Of a stretch of DNA of 64,000 nt, positions 9,886-19,700 are shown one piece after another. Location of the stretch: positions 1,024,001 to 1,088,000 of the forward strand of contig CBDHHL010000056.1 of assembly GCA_965263355.1 (NCBI GenBank), in the 5' to 3' direction. The DNA comes from Leptolyngbyaceae cyanobacterium. GTDB lineage: Bacteria > Cyanobacteriota > Cyanobacteriia > Phormidesmidales > Phormidesmidaceae. Every line of letters starts with the position of its first letter. Position 1 is the stretch's first letter. The position numbers and the translations under genes are program-made. The notes under the pieces were generated by a model, which saw nothing but the letters and a program-made list of their open reading frames with translations, was not told the origin of the DNA and ran no database searches.

Positions 9886-9963
9886 GTCCAGGTAGCCAAG
9901 TTGGTTTAAGGCGTCGGTCTGCAAAACCGAAAATCGTGGGTTCAACTCCCACCCTGGATTCCA
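9886..9963 (+). tRNA. trnC: tRNA-Cys(GCA), CCA encoded
   Basis: GTCCAGG/CCTGGAT; TCGGT-CT GCA AA-ACCGA; U discriminator. Confidence 0.9.
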
Positions 9964-9965
9964 TT

Positions 9966-10037
9966 GCAGAGATGGTGTAACGGTTAGCACCTCGGTCTCC
10001 AAAACCGATGATCTGGGTTCGAATCCTAGTCTCTGTG
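9966..10037 (+). tRNA. trnW: tRNA-Trp(CCA)
   Basis: GCAGAGA/TCTCTGT; TCGGT-CT CCA AA-ACCGA; TTCGAAT. Confidence 0.9.
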
Positions 10038-10097
10038 TTCTGTTGTAGGTCTTCTGCAACAGAAACTTGTCTGTACCGTATCCCCATAGAAAAAGCT

Positions 10098-10170
10098 TAC
10101 ATACTAGCTCAGTTGGTAGAGCATCTGTTTGCAGAACAGACTGTCGCAGGTTCAATTCCTGTCGTATCAC
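10098..10170 (+). pseudogene. Degenerate tRNA (anticodon loop TT GCA GA) with broken acceptor stem
   Basis: D arm (TAGCTCAGTTGGTAGAGC), anticodon arm and T arm intact; acceptor strands do not pair. Confidence 0.7.
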
Positions 10171-10274
10171 GCTTATCCACATCCAGAACTGATGTGTTTT
10201 CCAAAGAAAGCGCTAGGTTTTAACTTGGATGTGGTTGGCACAACGCTTTTTCAACTTATACGGCACAGGCTTTT

Positions 10275-10313
10275 GGTGGCGTAGGCAAATTGGTAAAGCC
10301 ACACGGCTTTCAA
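10275..10313 (+). pseudogene. 5' half of a tRNA-Glu(TTC)
   Basis: GGTGGCG-TA-GGCAAATTGGTAAAGCC-A-CACGG-CT TTC AA, then no 3' half. Confidence 0.6.
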
Positions 10314-10332
10314 TTCTCACCCGACCCTCCTT

Positions 10333-10423
10333 GGAGAGATCGCCATTGGTAAAGCAAACTGCCTGCTAAGCAGTCGTGAGATAGCAAATCTCACTATGGG
10401 TTCGACTCCCATTCTCTCCTCCA
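10333..10423 (+). tRNA. trnS: tRNA-Ser(GCT), long variable arm, unusual short D arm, CCA encoded
   Basis: GGAGAGA/TCTCTCC; ACTGC-CT GCT AA-GCAGT; variable stem GTGAGA/TCTCAC. Confidence 0.85.
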
Positions 10424-10518
10424 GAGAACATGGTATAACCGAATAACACAGTTGAAACCTGTAGTTTTCTCGACGGTCAAAAATAGTTCTAGACGTGGAA
10501 ATGGTTTACACAGAAAAT

Positions 10519-10593
10519 CCCCTGGTAGCTCAGTCAGGTAAGAGCGCTTGTCTGAAAAACAAGAGGTCATCCGTTCAAATCGGATCTGGGGGA
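10519..10593 (+). tRNA. trnF: tRNA-Phe(GAA)
   Basis: CCCCTGG/CTGGGGG; CTTGT-CT GAA AA-ACAAG; TTCAAAT. Confidence 0.9.
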
Positions 10594-10618
10594 CTTGCAC
10601 TCACTGATGAGTGCTCAA

Positions 10619-10694
10619 TGGGGTGTAGTTCAATTGGCAGAGCGCCTGGTTGTTACCCAGGAAGTTAGAGGTTCGACTCCTCTCGCCCCAGCCA
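10619..10694 (+). tRNA. trnN: tRNA-Asn(GTT), CCA encoded
   Basis: TGGGGTG/CGCCCCA; CCTGG-TT GTT AC-CCAGG. Confidence 0.9.
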
Positions 10695-10699
10695 TTTAT

Positions 10700-10775
10700 T
10701 GCCGAGTGGACGAATTAGCAAGTCGCCTGACTCTGAATCAGGAGATTGTAGGTGCAAATCCTACCTCGGCATCCA
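10700..10775 (+). tRNA. trnQ: tRNA-Gln(CTG), CCA encoded
   Basis: TGCCGAG/CTCGGCA; CCTGA-CT CTG AA-TCAGG; T-loop TGCAAAT. Confidence 0.85.
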
Positions 10776-10776
10776 A

Positions 10777-10850
10777 TCCCCTGTGGTGCAATTGGCAGTT
10801 CACGTCCGATTTTGGATCGGAAAATCTAGGTTCAAATCCTAGCGGGGGAG
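10777..10850 (+). tRNA. trnQ: tRNA-Gln(TTG)
   Basis: TCCCCTG/CGGGGGA; TCCGA-TT TTG GA-TCGGA. Confidence 0.85.
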
Positions 10851-10864
10851 TTGGAGTACCAAAT

Positions 10865-10941
<77 letters not shown>

Positions 10942-10944
10942 AAT

Positions 10945-11068
10945 CGGGATGTAATTCAGTGGTCAGAGGCCTTGTTTGCAATTGGTAGACATGCCGTGCT
11001 CAGAACGCGGTTGCTGTGGGTAACTCCTAGCGGAGACGCTTCGCGAACGAATCTCTGGCGACCCACCA
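10945..11068 (+). pseudogene. Chimeric pseudo-tRNA: 5' part of a tRNA-Pro fused to a tRNA-Leu(CAG) remnant whose T-loop carries a small repeat insertion
   Basis: CGGGATGTAATTCAGTGGTCAGAG (Pro-like) joined to GCAATTGGTAGACATG-CCGTG CT CAG AA CGCGG-...GTGGGT[26 nt]CGAAT...ACCA. Confidence 0.7.
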
Positions 11069-11108
11069 AATACCTCACCTATACAACCCATGGACTTTTA
11101 AGTCCCTT

Positions 11109-11182
11109 GCCCCTGTGATGCAATTGGTAGACATGATCCGCTTAAAACGGATTTGTTGCAGGTTCGACTCCTGTCAGGGGTA
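11109..11182 (+). tRNA. trnL: tRNA-Leu(TAA), intronless, short variable loop
   Basis: GCCCCTG/CAGGGGT; ATCCG-CT TAA AA-CGGAT; 5-nt variable region. Confidence 0.85.
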
Positions 11183-11229
11183 TGGCAGTAATGCCAATAA
11201 AAACAAATTTGCAAAAGGAGGTGAATCCG

Positions 11230-11688
11230 ATGAAACTTGCAGAGGCCCTAATGCAACGGGCAGATTGTCAGAAGAGAATCGCTCAGTTGCGTCAGCGATT
11301 GACGCGCAGCGCCAAGGTCCAGGAGGGCGAACAGCCTCCCGAGAATCCTCAAGAGCTGTTGTCAGAGGTGGATACTGCAGTTGCTGAACTTACGCATTTG
11401 GTGCAGCGGATTAATCAGACTAATGCTAGTACAGCATTGGCTGATGGTTCTTTATCAGATGCCCTGGCTCAGCGGGATACTCTATTCACTAAGCGAAGTG
11501 TTTTGGAAAACTTAATCCAAGCTGCATCCATTACCCATGATCGGTACAGCCGTTCGGAGGTAAGATTTGTAAGTACGGTGGATATTGGCAGTCTACAGCG
11601 TCAGTTAGACGATATCTCACGAGACTATCGTTTGCTAGATGCACAGATTCAATCGCTAAACTGGCAGATTGACCTAATAGGTAGTTAA
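11230..11688 (+). CDS. DIP1984-family coiled-coil protein
   Basis: RBS AGGAGG; MKLAEAL.QRAD.QKRI.QLRQRL...AKVQEGE.PPENP.ELL...RYSRSEV.FVSTVD...IQSLNW.IDL. Confidence 0.85.
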   Translation: MKLAEALMQRADCQKRIAQLRQRLTRSAKVQEGEQPPENPQELLSEVDTAVAELTHLVQRINQTNASTALADGSLSDALAQRDTLFTKRSVLENLIQAASITHDRYSRSEVRFVSTVDIGSLQRQLDDISRDYRLLDAQIQSLNWQIDLIGS

Positions 11689-11692
11689 AACA

Positions 11693-11918
11693 AATAGTCG
11701 GTAGCTAAATTCAACAGAAGCGAACACAACCCGCCAACTGGGCAAGTTGGGAAATGTCGTATACTAAACGACCCTTGGATGCGCTGGGGCAGGGCAAATG
11801 GGTTCGACTCCCGTTTATAAATTACGCCCAGCATTGTGACAGGTGCACATCATACTGTGATTGCTTACTACCCTGTGTTGATCGGTTGAATTTAGTGAGG
11901 GTGGGTTCGGGGACTATT
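11693..11918 (+). ncRNA. Putative structured RNA directly downstream of the DIP1984 gene
   Basis: Nested stems AATAGTC/GACTATT, CTAAATTCAAC/GTTGAATTTAG, AACAC/GTGTT, GCTGGG/CCCAGC; internal T-arm-like hairpin AAATGGG-TTCGACT-CCCGTTT. Confidence 0.6.
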
Positions 11919-11965
11919 GCTGGTGTAGCTCAATTGGCAGAACAACTGTCTTGTTAGGACTACCA
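11919..11965 (+). pseudogene. Internally deleted tRNA-Thr(TGT)
   Basis: GCTGGTGTAGCTCAATTGGCAGAACA-ACTGT CT TGT TA, then jumps to CTACCA. Confidence 0.65.
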
Positions 11966-11968
11966 CTT

Positions 11969-12043
11969 GCCTCTATAGCTCAACGGACTCAGAGCAGCGC
12001 CCTTCGAAGGCGACGGTTCCAGGTTCGAATCCTGGTAGAGGTG
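11969..12043 (+). tRNA. trnR: tRNA-Arg(TCG)
   Basis: GCCTCTA/TAGAGGT; CGCC-CT TCG AA-GGCG; TTCGAAT. Confidence 0.85.
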
Positions 12044-12101
12044 CTTGTTATTAATCAGTAAGGAGGTTGTTTTCATTGAAGCTTATGTTATTTAGTTTTA
12101 A

Positions 12102-12423
12102 GCCAGGATCGTAATGCGTGCCCTCACGGTTAGAGCCTACATACTTTAAGTACGAGAGGAACAGTAACACCAAAACGGTGTGCGTTTGCAAACAGGGATC
12201 GCGAAGAATCTGAAAGGTTGGCTTTAAAGTAGCCATCCTCTAAGGAGTGTGTTAAAACTCATCATTGGAGCCCCCTTAGTAGCTGAGAAAACGCTATGCT
12301 CTAAATACTTGCACGACATTGGGAATCCTGGTCATTGGCCTTGATGTATACAGAGAGAACAACATCGGGGAGCCTAGGCAGGACTTCGGCGTAAGCTCAG
12401 TCGAACGCACGAGGCGATTACCC
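12102..12423 (+). ncRNA. Large structured RNA carrying 23S rRNA sarcin-ricin-loop and L11-binding (H43-H44) mimics
   Basis: AGTACGAGAGGAAC at 12149-12162; GGTTGGCTTTAAAGTAGCCATCCTCTAAGGAGTGTGTTAAAACTCA at 12216-12261; closing helices CCAGGAT/ATCCTGG, AATGCGTGC/GCACG-A-CATT, TAGAGC/GCTCTA; 3' boundary approximate. Confidence 0.7.
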
Positions 12424-12455
12424 TACAAGAATTGTCCAGATAAAATGGAGGTTTT

Positions 12456-12905
12456 ATGACGATTTATTTTTATAGCGATCGCAAAAAACCTTATGGGTGT
12501 TTCTCCAATTTTTCGAAGCATGGGGTATTGTTGAATGGTCGATGGTGGCCGACAACAGAACATTATTTCCAGGCTCAGAAATTTATAGACACCGATCCTG
12601 ATTGGGCTGACAAAATTGGTAATGCGAAAGCACCCAAGACTGCTGCAGTAATGGGTAGAGACCGAAGCCACCCTCTCCGTTCTGATTGGGAACAAGTCAA
12701 AGACGACATCATGCATCGAGCCGTGCTCACTAAGTTCCAAACCCATGCAGATATCCAAGCTATTTTGCTAGGGACTGGTGCCGAGCCAATCGTTGAAAAT
12801 GCCCCTGGAGATTACTATTGGGGCTGTGGTAAAGACGGTAGTGGTCTAAATAAATTAGGCCGAATTCTAGAAGCTGTGAGGGCAACAATTCGCGAAACAA
12901 TTTAA
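12456..12905 (+). CDS. NADAR (YbiA-like) N-glycosidase family protein
   Basis: YGCFSNFS, WPTTEHYFQAQKF, RSDWEQVKDDIM, KFQTH, D.YWGCGKDGSGLNKLGRIL. Confidence 0.9.
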   Translation: MTIYFYSDRKKPYGCFSNFSKHGVLLNGRWWPTTEHYFQAQKFIDTDPDWADKIGNAKAPKTAAVMGRDRSHPLRSDWEQVKDDIMHRAVLTKFQTHADIQAILLGTGAEPIVENAPGDYYWGCGKDGSGLNKLGRILEAVRATIRETI

Positions 12906-12908
12906 CAA

Positions 12909-12983
12909 GGGAGTGTCGCCTAAAGGATGGGCATCGATCTTCTAAATCGATCTGTGTAGGTTCAAATCCTACCACTCCTGCCA
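12909..12983 (+). tRNA. trnR: tRNA-Arg(TCT), CCA encoded
   Basis: GGGAGTG/CACTCCT; TCGAT-CT TCT AA-ATCGA. Confidence 0.9.
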
Positions 12984-12993
12984 ATCAAAAAAT

Positions 12994-13094
12994 GGGCCTG
13001 TAGCTTAACTGCGAAAGCATCTGCCTTGCAAGCAGAAAGATGTCGGTACTCTAGCGAGAAGGCTAACGCCTACGAAGCCGACCAGTGGCCACCA
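12994..13094 (+). pseudogene. tRNA-Ala(TGC) with a 25-nt small-repeat insertion in the T-loop and a distorted acceptor stem
   Basis: GGGCCTG...TCTGC-CT TGC AA-GCAGA...GTCGGT[ACTCTAGCGAGAAGGCTAACGCCTA]CGAAG-CCGAC-CAGTGGCC-ACCA. Confidence 0.75.
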
Positions 13095-13113
13095 AATAAT
13101 TTCTTTAACGCAT

Positions 13114-13191
13114 GTTGGCCGAATCCGAAGTGGACGAGGAGCTGGTCTGTGAAACCAGTGTTAGCGGGTTCAAGCCCCGTCGGTCAACCCA
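13114..13191 (+). tRNA. trnH: tRNA-His(GTG) with G-1, CCA encoded
   Basis: G-TTGGCCG/CGGTCAA-C; CTGGT-CT GTG AA-ACCAG. Confidence 0.9.
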
Positions 13192-13194
13192 ATT

Positions 13195-13581
<387 letters not shown>

Positions 13582-13606
13582 AGATTGCTAGATTTTTTCT
13601 CTTTTT

Positions 13607-13750
13607 TCCTGCGCCCTAACCTGTAAAGCATACACACTTTCGGCTTAAAAACCGGGAAAGTGCAAGTTCGAATCTCGCGAGACCGCCATCGGTCTGTAGC
13701 CCAATTGGTAGAGGCACCATGTAACTAAGGCTTTTCAAACTTGCGTGGGA
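13607..13750 (+). ncRNA. YrlA-type Y RNA (circularly permuted tRNA-like domain on a long closing stem)
   Basis: T arm GCAAG-TTCGAAT-CTCGC, acceptor hairpin AGACCG-CCAT-CGGTCT, then D arm TAGCCCAATTGGTAGAGGC; closed by TCCTGCGC/GCGTGGGA; TROVE gene about 1 kb downstream. Confidence 0.75.
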
Positions 13751-13768
13751 TTTTTATTAAGTTTGTAT

Positions 13769-14494
13769 ATGAGCGAACATCGACTGAGTGAAATTGTGAT
13801 TGAACGTCCCCGTGGTGGGATGCGTGTGAGTTCTAGAAAGCTGAAGGGACATCGAAAAGAACTGGAGCAGATTACGCGGGTAGCAACCGAAGATGGGTTG
13901 CTGAGTCCCTATTTGATTAAGCCCAGACGGAAGTCAAAGTGGTTATCAGATCATCTAGGGCCATTGCGTAAGTTGTTGCAGTCTCAAGTGGGTCAGCCCT
14001 GGGATCAGGTCTATAGTCGCCTGTGTCGCGATCTAAATCCTCGTACCATGGCTGGCCAGCATGTGATCGATCATCTCTGGGGTTATGTAGAACAGCATGT
14101 GGAGATCATTGATGGTTTACCCTATACCAAACAGAATCACTGGTATTGGCAAGGTGAACGACGTTCTTTATCGGACTACTATGGAACAAAGTTCTATGTG
14201 AATCCTGAGACAGGTTTACTGTGTGTGGCTCCTAACGTGTGTCGCAGACGAGAACCTGCCCCTCCTGAAGAGGTGATTCAGGTGAACACCTATGAACAGT
14301 ATCGTTGCATAGATCAGATTTGGTATTGCATCACTTTTGAGATATTACATTCACCATTTGCATGGGATGTGCTGTTCAAAGACACTCTTGATGCTAAAAA
14401 GGCTTTACAGTCCTATCGCCGTAAGATCTATGCTGCGAAGAAGCGTCAATGTGGAAAGCGAGACCTTAAAAAGATTCGTAGAATGTTGAAGTAA
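13769..14494 (+). CDS. Basic conserved hypothetical protein
   Basis: ATG 13769; IVIERPRGG...KWLSDHLGPLRKLLQSQVGQPWDQVYS...FYVNPETGLLC...YAAKKRQ; the track's upstream GTG start overlaps the Y RNA. Confidence 0.75.
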   Translation: MSEHRLSEIVIERPRGGMRVSSRKLKGHRKELEQITRVATEDGLLSPYLIKPRRKSKWLSDHLGPLRKLLQSQVGQPWDQVYSRLCRDLNPRTMAGQHVIDHLWGYVEQHVEIIDGLPYTKQNHWYWQGERRSLSDYYGTKFYVNPETGLLCVAPNVCRRREPAPPEEVIQVNTYEQYRCIDQIWYCITFEILHSPFAWDVLFKDTLDAKKALQSYRRKIYAAKKRQCGKRDLKKIRRMLK

Positions 14495-14496
14495 TT

Positions 14497-14674
14497 GGCA
14501 GTTGTTGCTGTGACCTAACTTAAAGAGCTTACATTCTCTACCAACCAAACAGGTGGTGTGCTGATTGGAGAGTCAGCACTGCAAACCCGGACCTTAGCGG
14601 GCGAAGTTATCTTATTGTCTTTTAGCAAACGATGACTTCATGCTCTTTTAACTCATGCAGCGGCAACATCTGCC
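14497..14674 (+). ncRNA. Second Y-RNA-like structured RNA immediately upstream of the TROVE gene
   Basis: GGCAGTTGTTGCTG/CAGCGGCAAC..TGCC and TAAAGAGC/GCTCTTTTA stems; three internal hairpins; shares CCTAAC, TACA and AACT internal-loop motifs with the 13607 RNA. Confidence 0.65.
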
Positions 14675-14684
14675 TCCTGATTAA

Positions 14685-16142
<1,458 letters not shown>

Positions 16143-16146
16143 GGTT

Positions 16147-16185
16147 AGCCACGGATAATTTTCACAATAAAAATTATCCGTGGCT
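16147..16185 (+). terminator. 16-bp inverted repeat after the TROVE gene
   Basis: AGCCACGGATAATTTT/AAAATTATCCGTGGCT followed by CTTTAT. Confidence 0.65.
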
Positions 16186-16226
16186 CTTTATACCTTGCTC
16201 CTATCCGAAAGCTACGAGGTAATGCC

Positions 16227-16595
16227 ATGAATACTGCACGGCGAGTTCTAACATCTTCTAGGGATAAAATCAAGTACTCTTTCCTCGATCGCCTTTTTCA
16301 ACGTCTAGAAGAGGCTCTCCAGGAAGGAACAGAGGTAAAATTTCGTCTGGCCTGGGGGAATATCACTGGGATTCCCATTTATTTGGATCCTACCTGTGTC
16401 GAAATCGTCTCTGTTAATGTATATATGGAAGACGATGACGCCCCTTCTGAGGAGATCTCCTGGCGAACGGTTTGGCTGATTCGTTTGGAGGAGGTTAATG
16501 CGATCGCATACCTCAGCGAAAGTTGGTCAAAAAAACGACTTGAACAACTGTTGCCAGAAGAAGAGCAGCCATCTGAGAAGCAGGAAGACAGATAG
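16227..16595 (+). CDS. Hypothetical protein
   Basis: 122-aa ORF with GAGG RBS; beta-rich core. Confidence 0.7.
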   Translation: MNTARRVLTSSRDKIKYSFLDRLFQRLEEALQEGTEVKFRLAWGNITGIPIYLDPTCVEIVSVNVYMEDDDAPSEEISWRTVWLIRLEEVNAIAYLSESWSKKRLEQLLPEEEQPSEKQEDR

Positions 16596-16632
16596 AAAAA
16601 ATAAAGAGGGTTTATCAGACCTAATTGAAGGT

Positions 16633-16701
16633 GACAATCCCTTAGGGGAACTCCCTTGTGGATGCCCTTCGATACCAAGTGCTACTAGTTAGGCTTTCGT
16701 A
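16633..16701 (+). repeat. REP-like dispersed repeat, copy 2 (direct repeat of 8940-9008)
   Basis: GACAATCCCTTAGGGGAACTCCCTTGTGGATGCCCTTCGATACCAAGTGCTACTAGTTAGGCTTTCGTA. Confidence 0.7.
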
Positions 16702-16755
16702 AAGCAGGTAATCCCAATTAGCTATCAAATATCGAGGACCCGTTCGATAGATAAC

Positions 16756-19700
16756 TTATGAGCAATCTCGGCTCATTACCAAGCGACCATCGGACAATAG
16801 ATAAACAGCTTGAGGTTCCGTAAGGAAATCGTCATCATTATTGTTCTGAGTTGTTGCGGCTTCGTCAGGCAAAGAACGTACAGTGCCTGTGGAAAGTGTT
16901 GATAGGTATACTGCAGTTGGCTGTTGTGGCAAACCATCTCTACCTGTTACCACAAATCGTCCACTACCCTGGGCGACAGGAGCAATACAACTACTGGCCA
17001 CCAGTGTGTCAGTATTCACCAGAACGTCCGACAACTCCGTTAGATTGTTTTCGATAAAACTCACGTCTGGAAAGGTAATCGTACCTGACGAGAGCTGGCC
17101 ACTGGCATTAATATCCACCCGACCATTCATATCTAGGTCAGCTAGCTCTGTACCCGATGGAGATGGTACAAAGCCTTGGCCAAAGAAAATCGGTAAGGTG
17201 ATATTTCCGCCAGCACCATCCTGGGCAAAGGCCAAAATATCGCTATCATCTAAGGCAACCAAATAACCAGCAGCAATGACGATATCACCACCATTATCGG
17301 CCCCACTCGCCACATTGGTCAGAATATCCCCATCACCTGACAAAACAATATTACCTGCACTAATGTTGATTGCTCCACCCGCCGACTGCCTGGCGTCTGT
17401 GCGAATATCTCCATCAGTCACTGTTAGTTGAGCGCCAATGTCAATGATAATACTACCTGCGTTTCCTTGTCCAAAGGCCTGAGCACTTACGGTTCCTCCA
17501 TCCTGAATAATTAGCCCTAAGGAACCGCCAGAGTCTCGAATATTAATTTGTCCTGCGTCACCACTGCCCTCTGTCACTGTAAAAATTCCACTTGAAGGTG
17601 GGGTGTCACCGACGTCTTCAGCGGCAGTTCCTGAAATAGGAGCTGCTGCTGCGACTGTGATACTGTCGGCTTCAGAGACAGGTCTTGAGTTAAGAACCTC
17701 ATCTGATTCAGAGGCAAATCTTGAGTCAGGAATCTCATCTGAGGCGGTTGTGATATTGTCATCTTCAGGAGCCGTTCCTGAAATAAGAATTTCATCTGAG
17801 GCGGTGACATTAATATTACCGGCCTGTCCCTCAGCCGATGTGGATGCCACCAGTTGACCTCCATTTAGGAGTTCTACTTGACCAGCCGTAATGTTAACAT
17901 CACCCCCACGGGCATTTCTGGCAGTACTGCTATCAACAGTGGCACCGTTGTTTAACTGCACTAAACGACCCTGAAGGGTAATATCGCCACCGGCTCCAGC
18001 CATTGCCCCCGCTTCGCTAGCGTCCTGTGCGCGTGCCTCTGCGTTAACAGTCCCCTCATTCTGAATCACAATATCCAGATGGCCATTGCCAGCATCCTGA
18101 ATCTTGATCTCACCTGCAGCCCCCATGCCTTCTGTAAAGGCAAACACTCCACTTTGGGCAGGTTCGTCTTCACTTACGGTAGGATCAATACCCGAAATTA
18201 GGACTTCTTCCGATGCGGTGACATTAATACTACCGGCCTGTCCCTCAGCTGATGTGGACGCCACCAGTTGACCTCCATTTAGGAGTTCTACTTGCTCAGC
18301 GGTGATATTAACATCACCCCCACGGGCATTTCGGGCCGTACTGCTATCAACAGTTGCATTGTTGGTTAGCTGCACTGAACGACCCTGAAGGGTAATATCA
18401 CCACCAGTACCAGCCATTGCGCCTGCTTCTTCGCTAGTACCCTGTGCGCGTGCCTCTGCGTTAACAGTTCCCTCATTCTGAATCACGATATCCAGATGGC
18501 CATTGCCATCATCTTGAATAGTGATCTGGCCCGCAGCCCCCATCCCTTCTGTAAAGGTGAATACTCCACTTTGGATAGTGTCGTCTTCACTCACAATAAA
18601 GTTATTATCATCAGCCTTATTCTCAATGAACCCGTCATCTCTAGGATCAATACCCGAAATCAGCAATTCATCTGATGCGGTGATAATAATACTACCCGCC
18701 TGACCACCTGCCGATGTGGACGCTATGAGCTGTGCCCCATCCAGTATCTCTATGTGTTCAGCCGTAATCTCAATATCACCACCTTGAAAATCTCCGTCGC
18801 TACTACTATCAATAATGCCGCCAGTTCCTATCCGTAACGAACGAACATGGAGAACAATGTCACCACCTGCTCCAGAACTATCACCATCATTGCTGACTTC
18901 ACTGTTACTAAAAAATCCACTGGGTGAGTTTCGTAAGTCGTCTGGATCAAATGAACCAAATGTTCCGATTTCAATCGAGTCAGCAGTCACCTCGATCTGT
19001 CCGGCATCGCCTGCTCCTTCAATAGCAAAGACTTTAATCTGACCATTGTCCGAGAGTCTCACAGCATGGGCATTGACAATAACATTACCCGTATTAATAT
19101 TGTTTTCAACGCCTGCATTTGGCCCTTCCACAGAAGCATTGATATCGCTATTCCCGTCAATGATCAAATCCCCTGTGAGAGTAATCTCAATGTTGCCCGG
19201 TTCTCCATTGGCTTTATTAAAAACTTTAATCGCACTGACCTCAATCAAGGTAAGGGAATGGGCATTAATGATTACATCTCCACCAGTTCCTACAGAACCG
19301 CCCTTGACAATAGATTCGATTTTGCCACGGTCGGTCATAAGCATGTCACCGTTGACAGTAATAAAGACAGATCCGGCATCACCAAGGGCATTATCAGAGG
19401 AACTGGACGTAATGCCACTAGATCCAGATTCAACCGGACCATTCATAGTAAATTCATTGACCGTAATGTAAATATCCCCAGCATCACCAGTATCTTCAGT
19501 CGTCGTGGAAATCAAGGCCTGATCACCATTGTCATCATCTACCGGTGTTTCAAATCGTAACGAGTCAGCCACAATTCGAATATCGCCGGAGTCTCCTTGG
19601 CCACCATTATCGTCGACACGATTAGTGATTTGCCCCCCATCTAAAAACAGCTCCCCACCAGCTGTTATAACGGTATCGCCTGTCCCTCCAATGCCCTTAA

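Noticed and set aside
10424..10490. Possible further degenerate tRNA (also a Lys-like anticodon remnant near 11092-11105)
   Set aside because: Cannot be folded into a convincing cloverleaf
12102..12423. Calling this a 23S rRNA gene or pseudogene
   Set aside because: Only two short motifs match, in reversed order and close together; the rest is not recognisably rRNA
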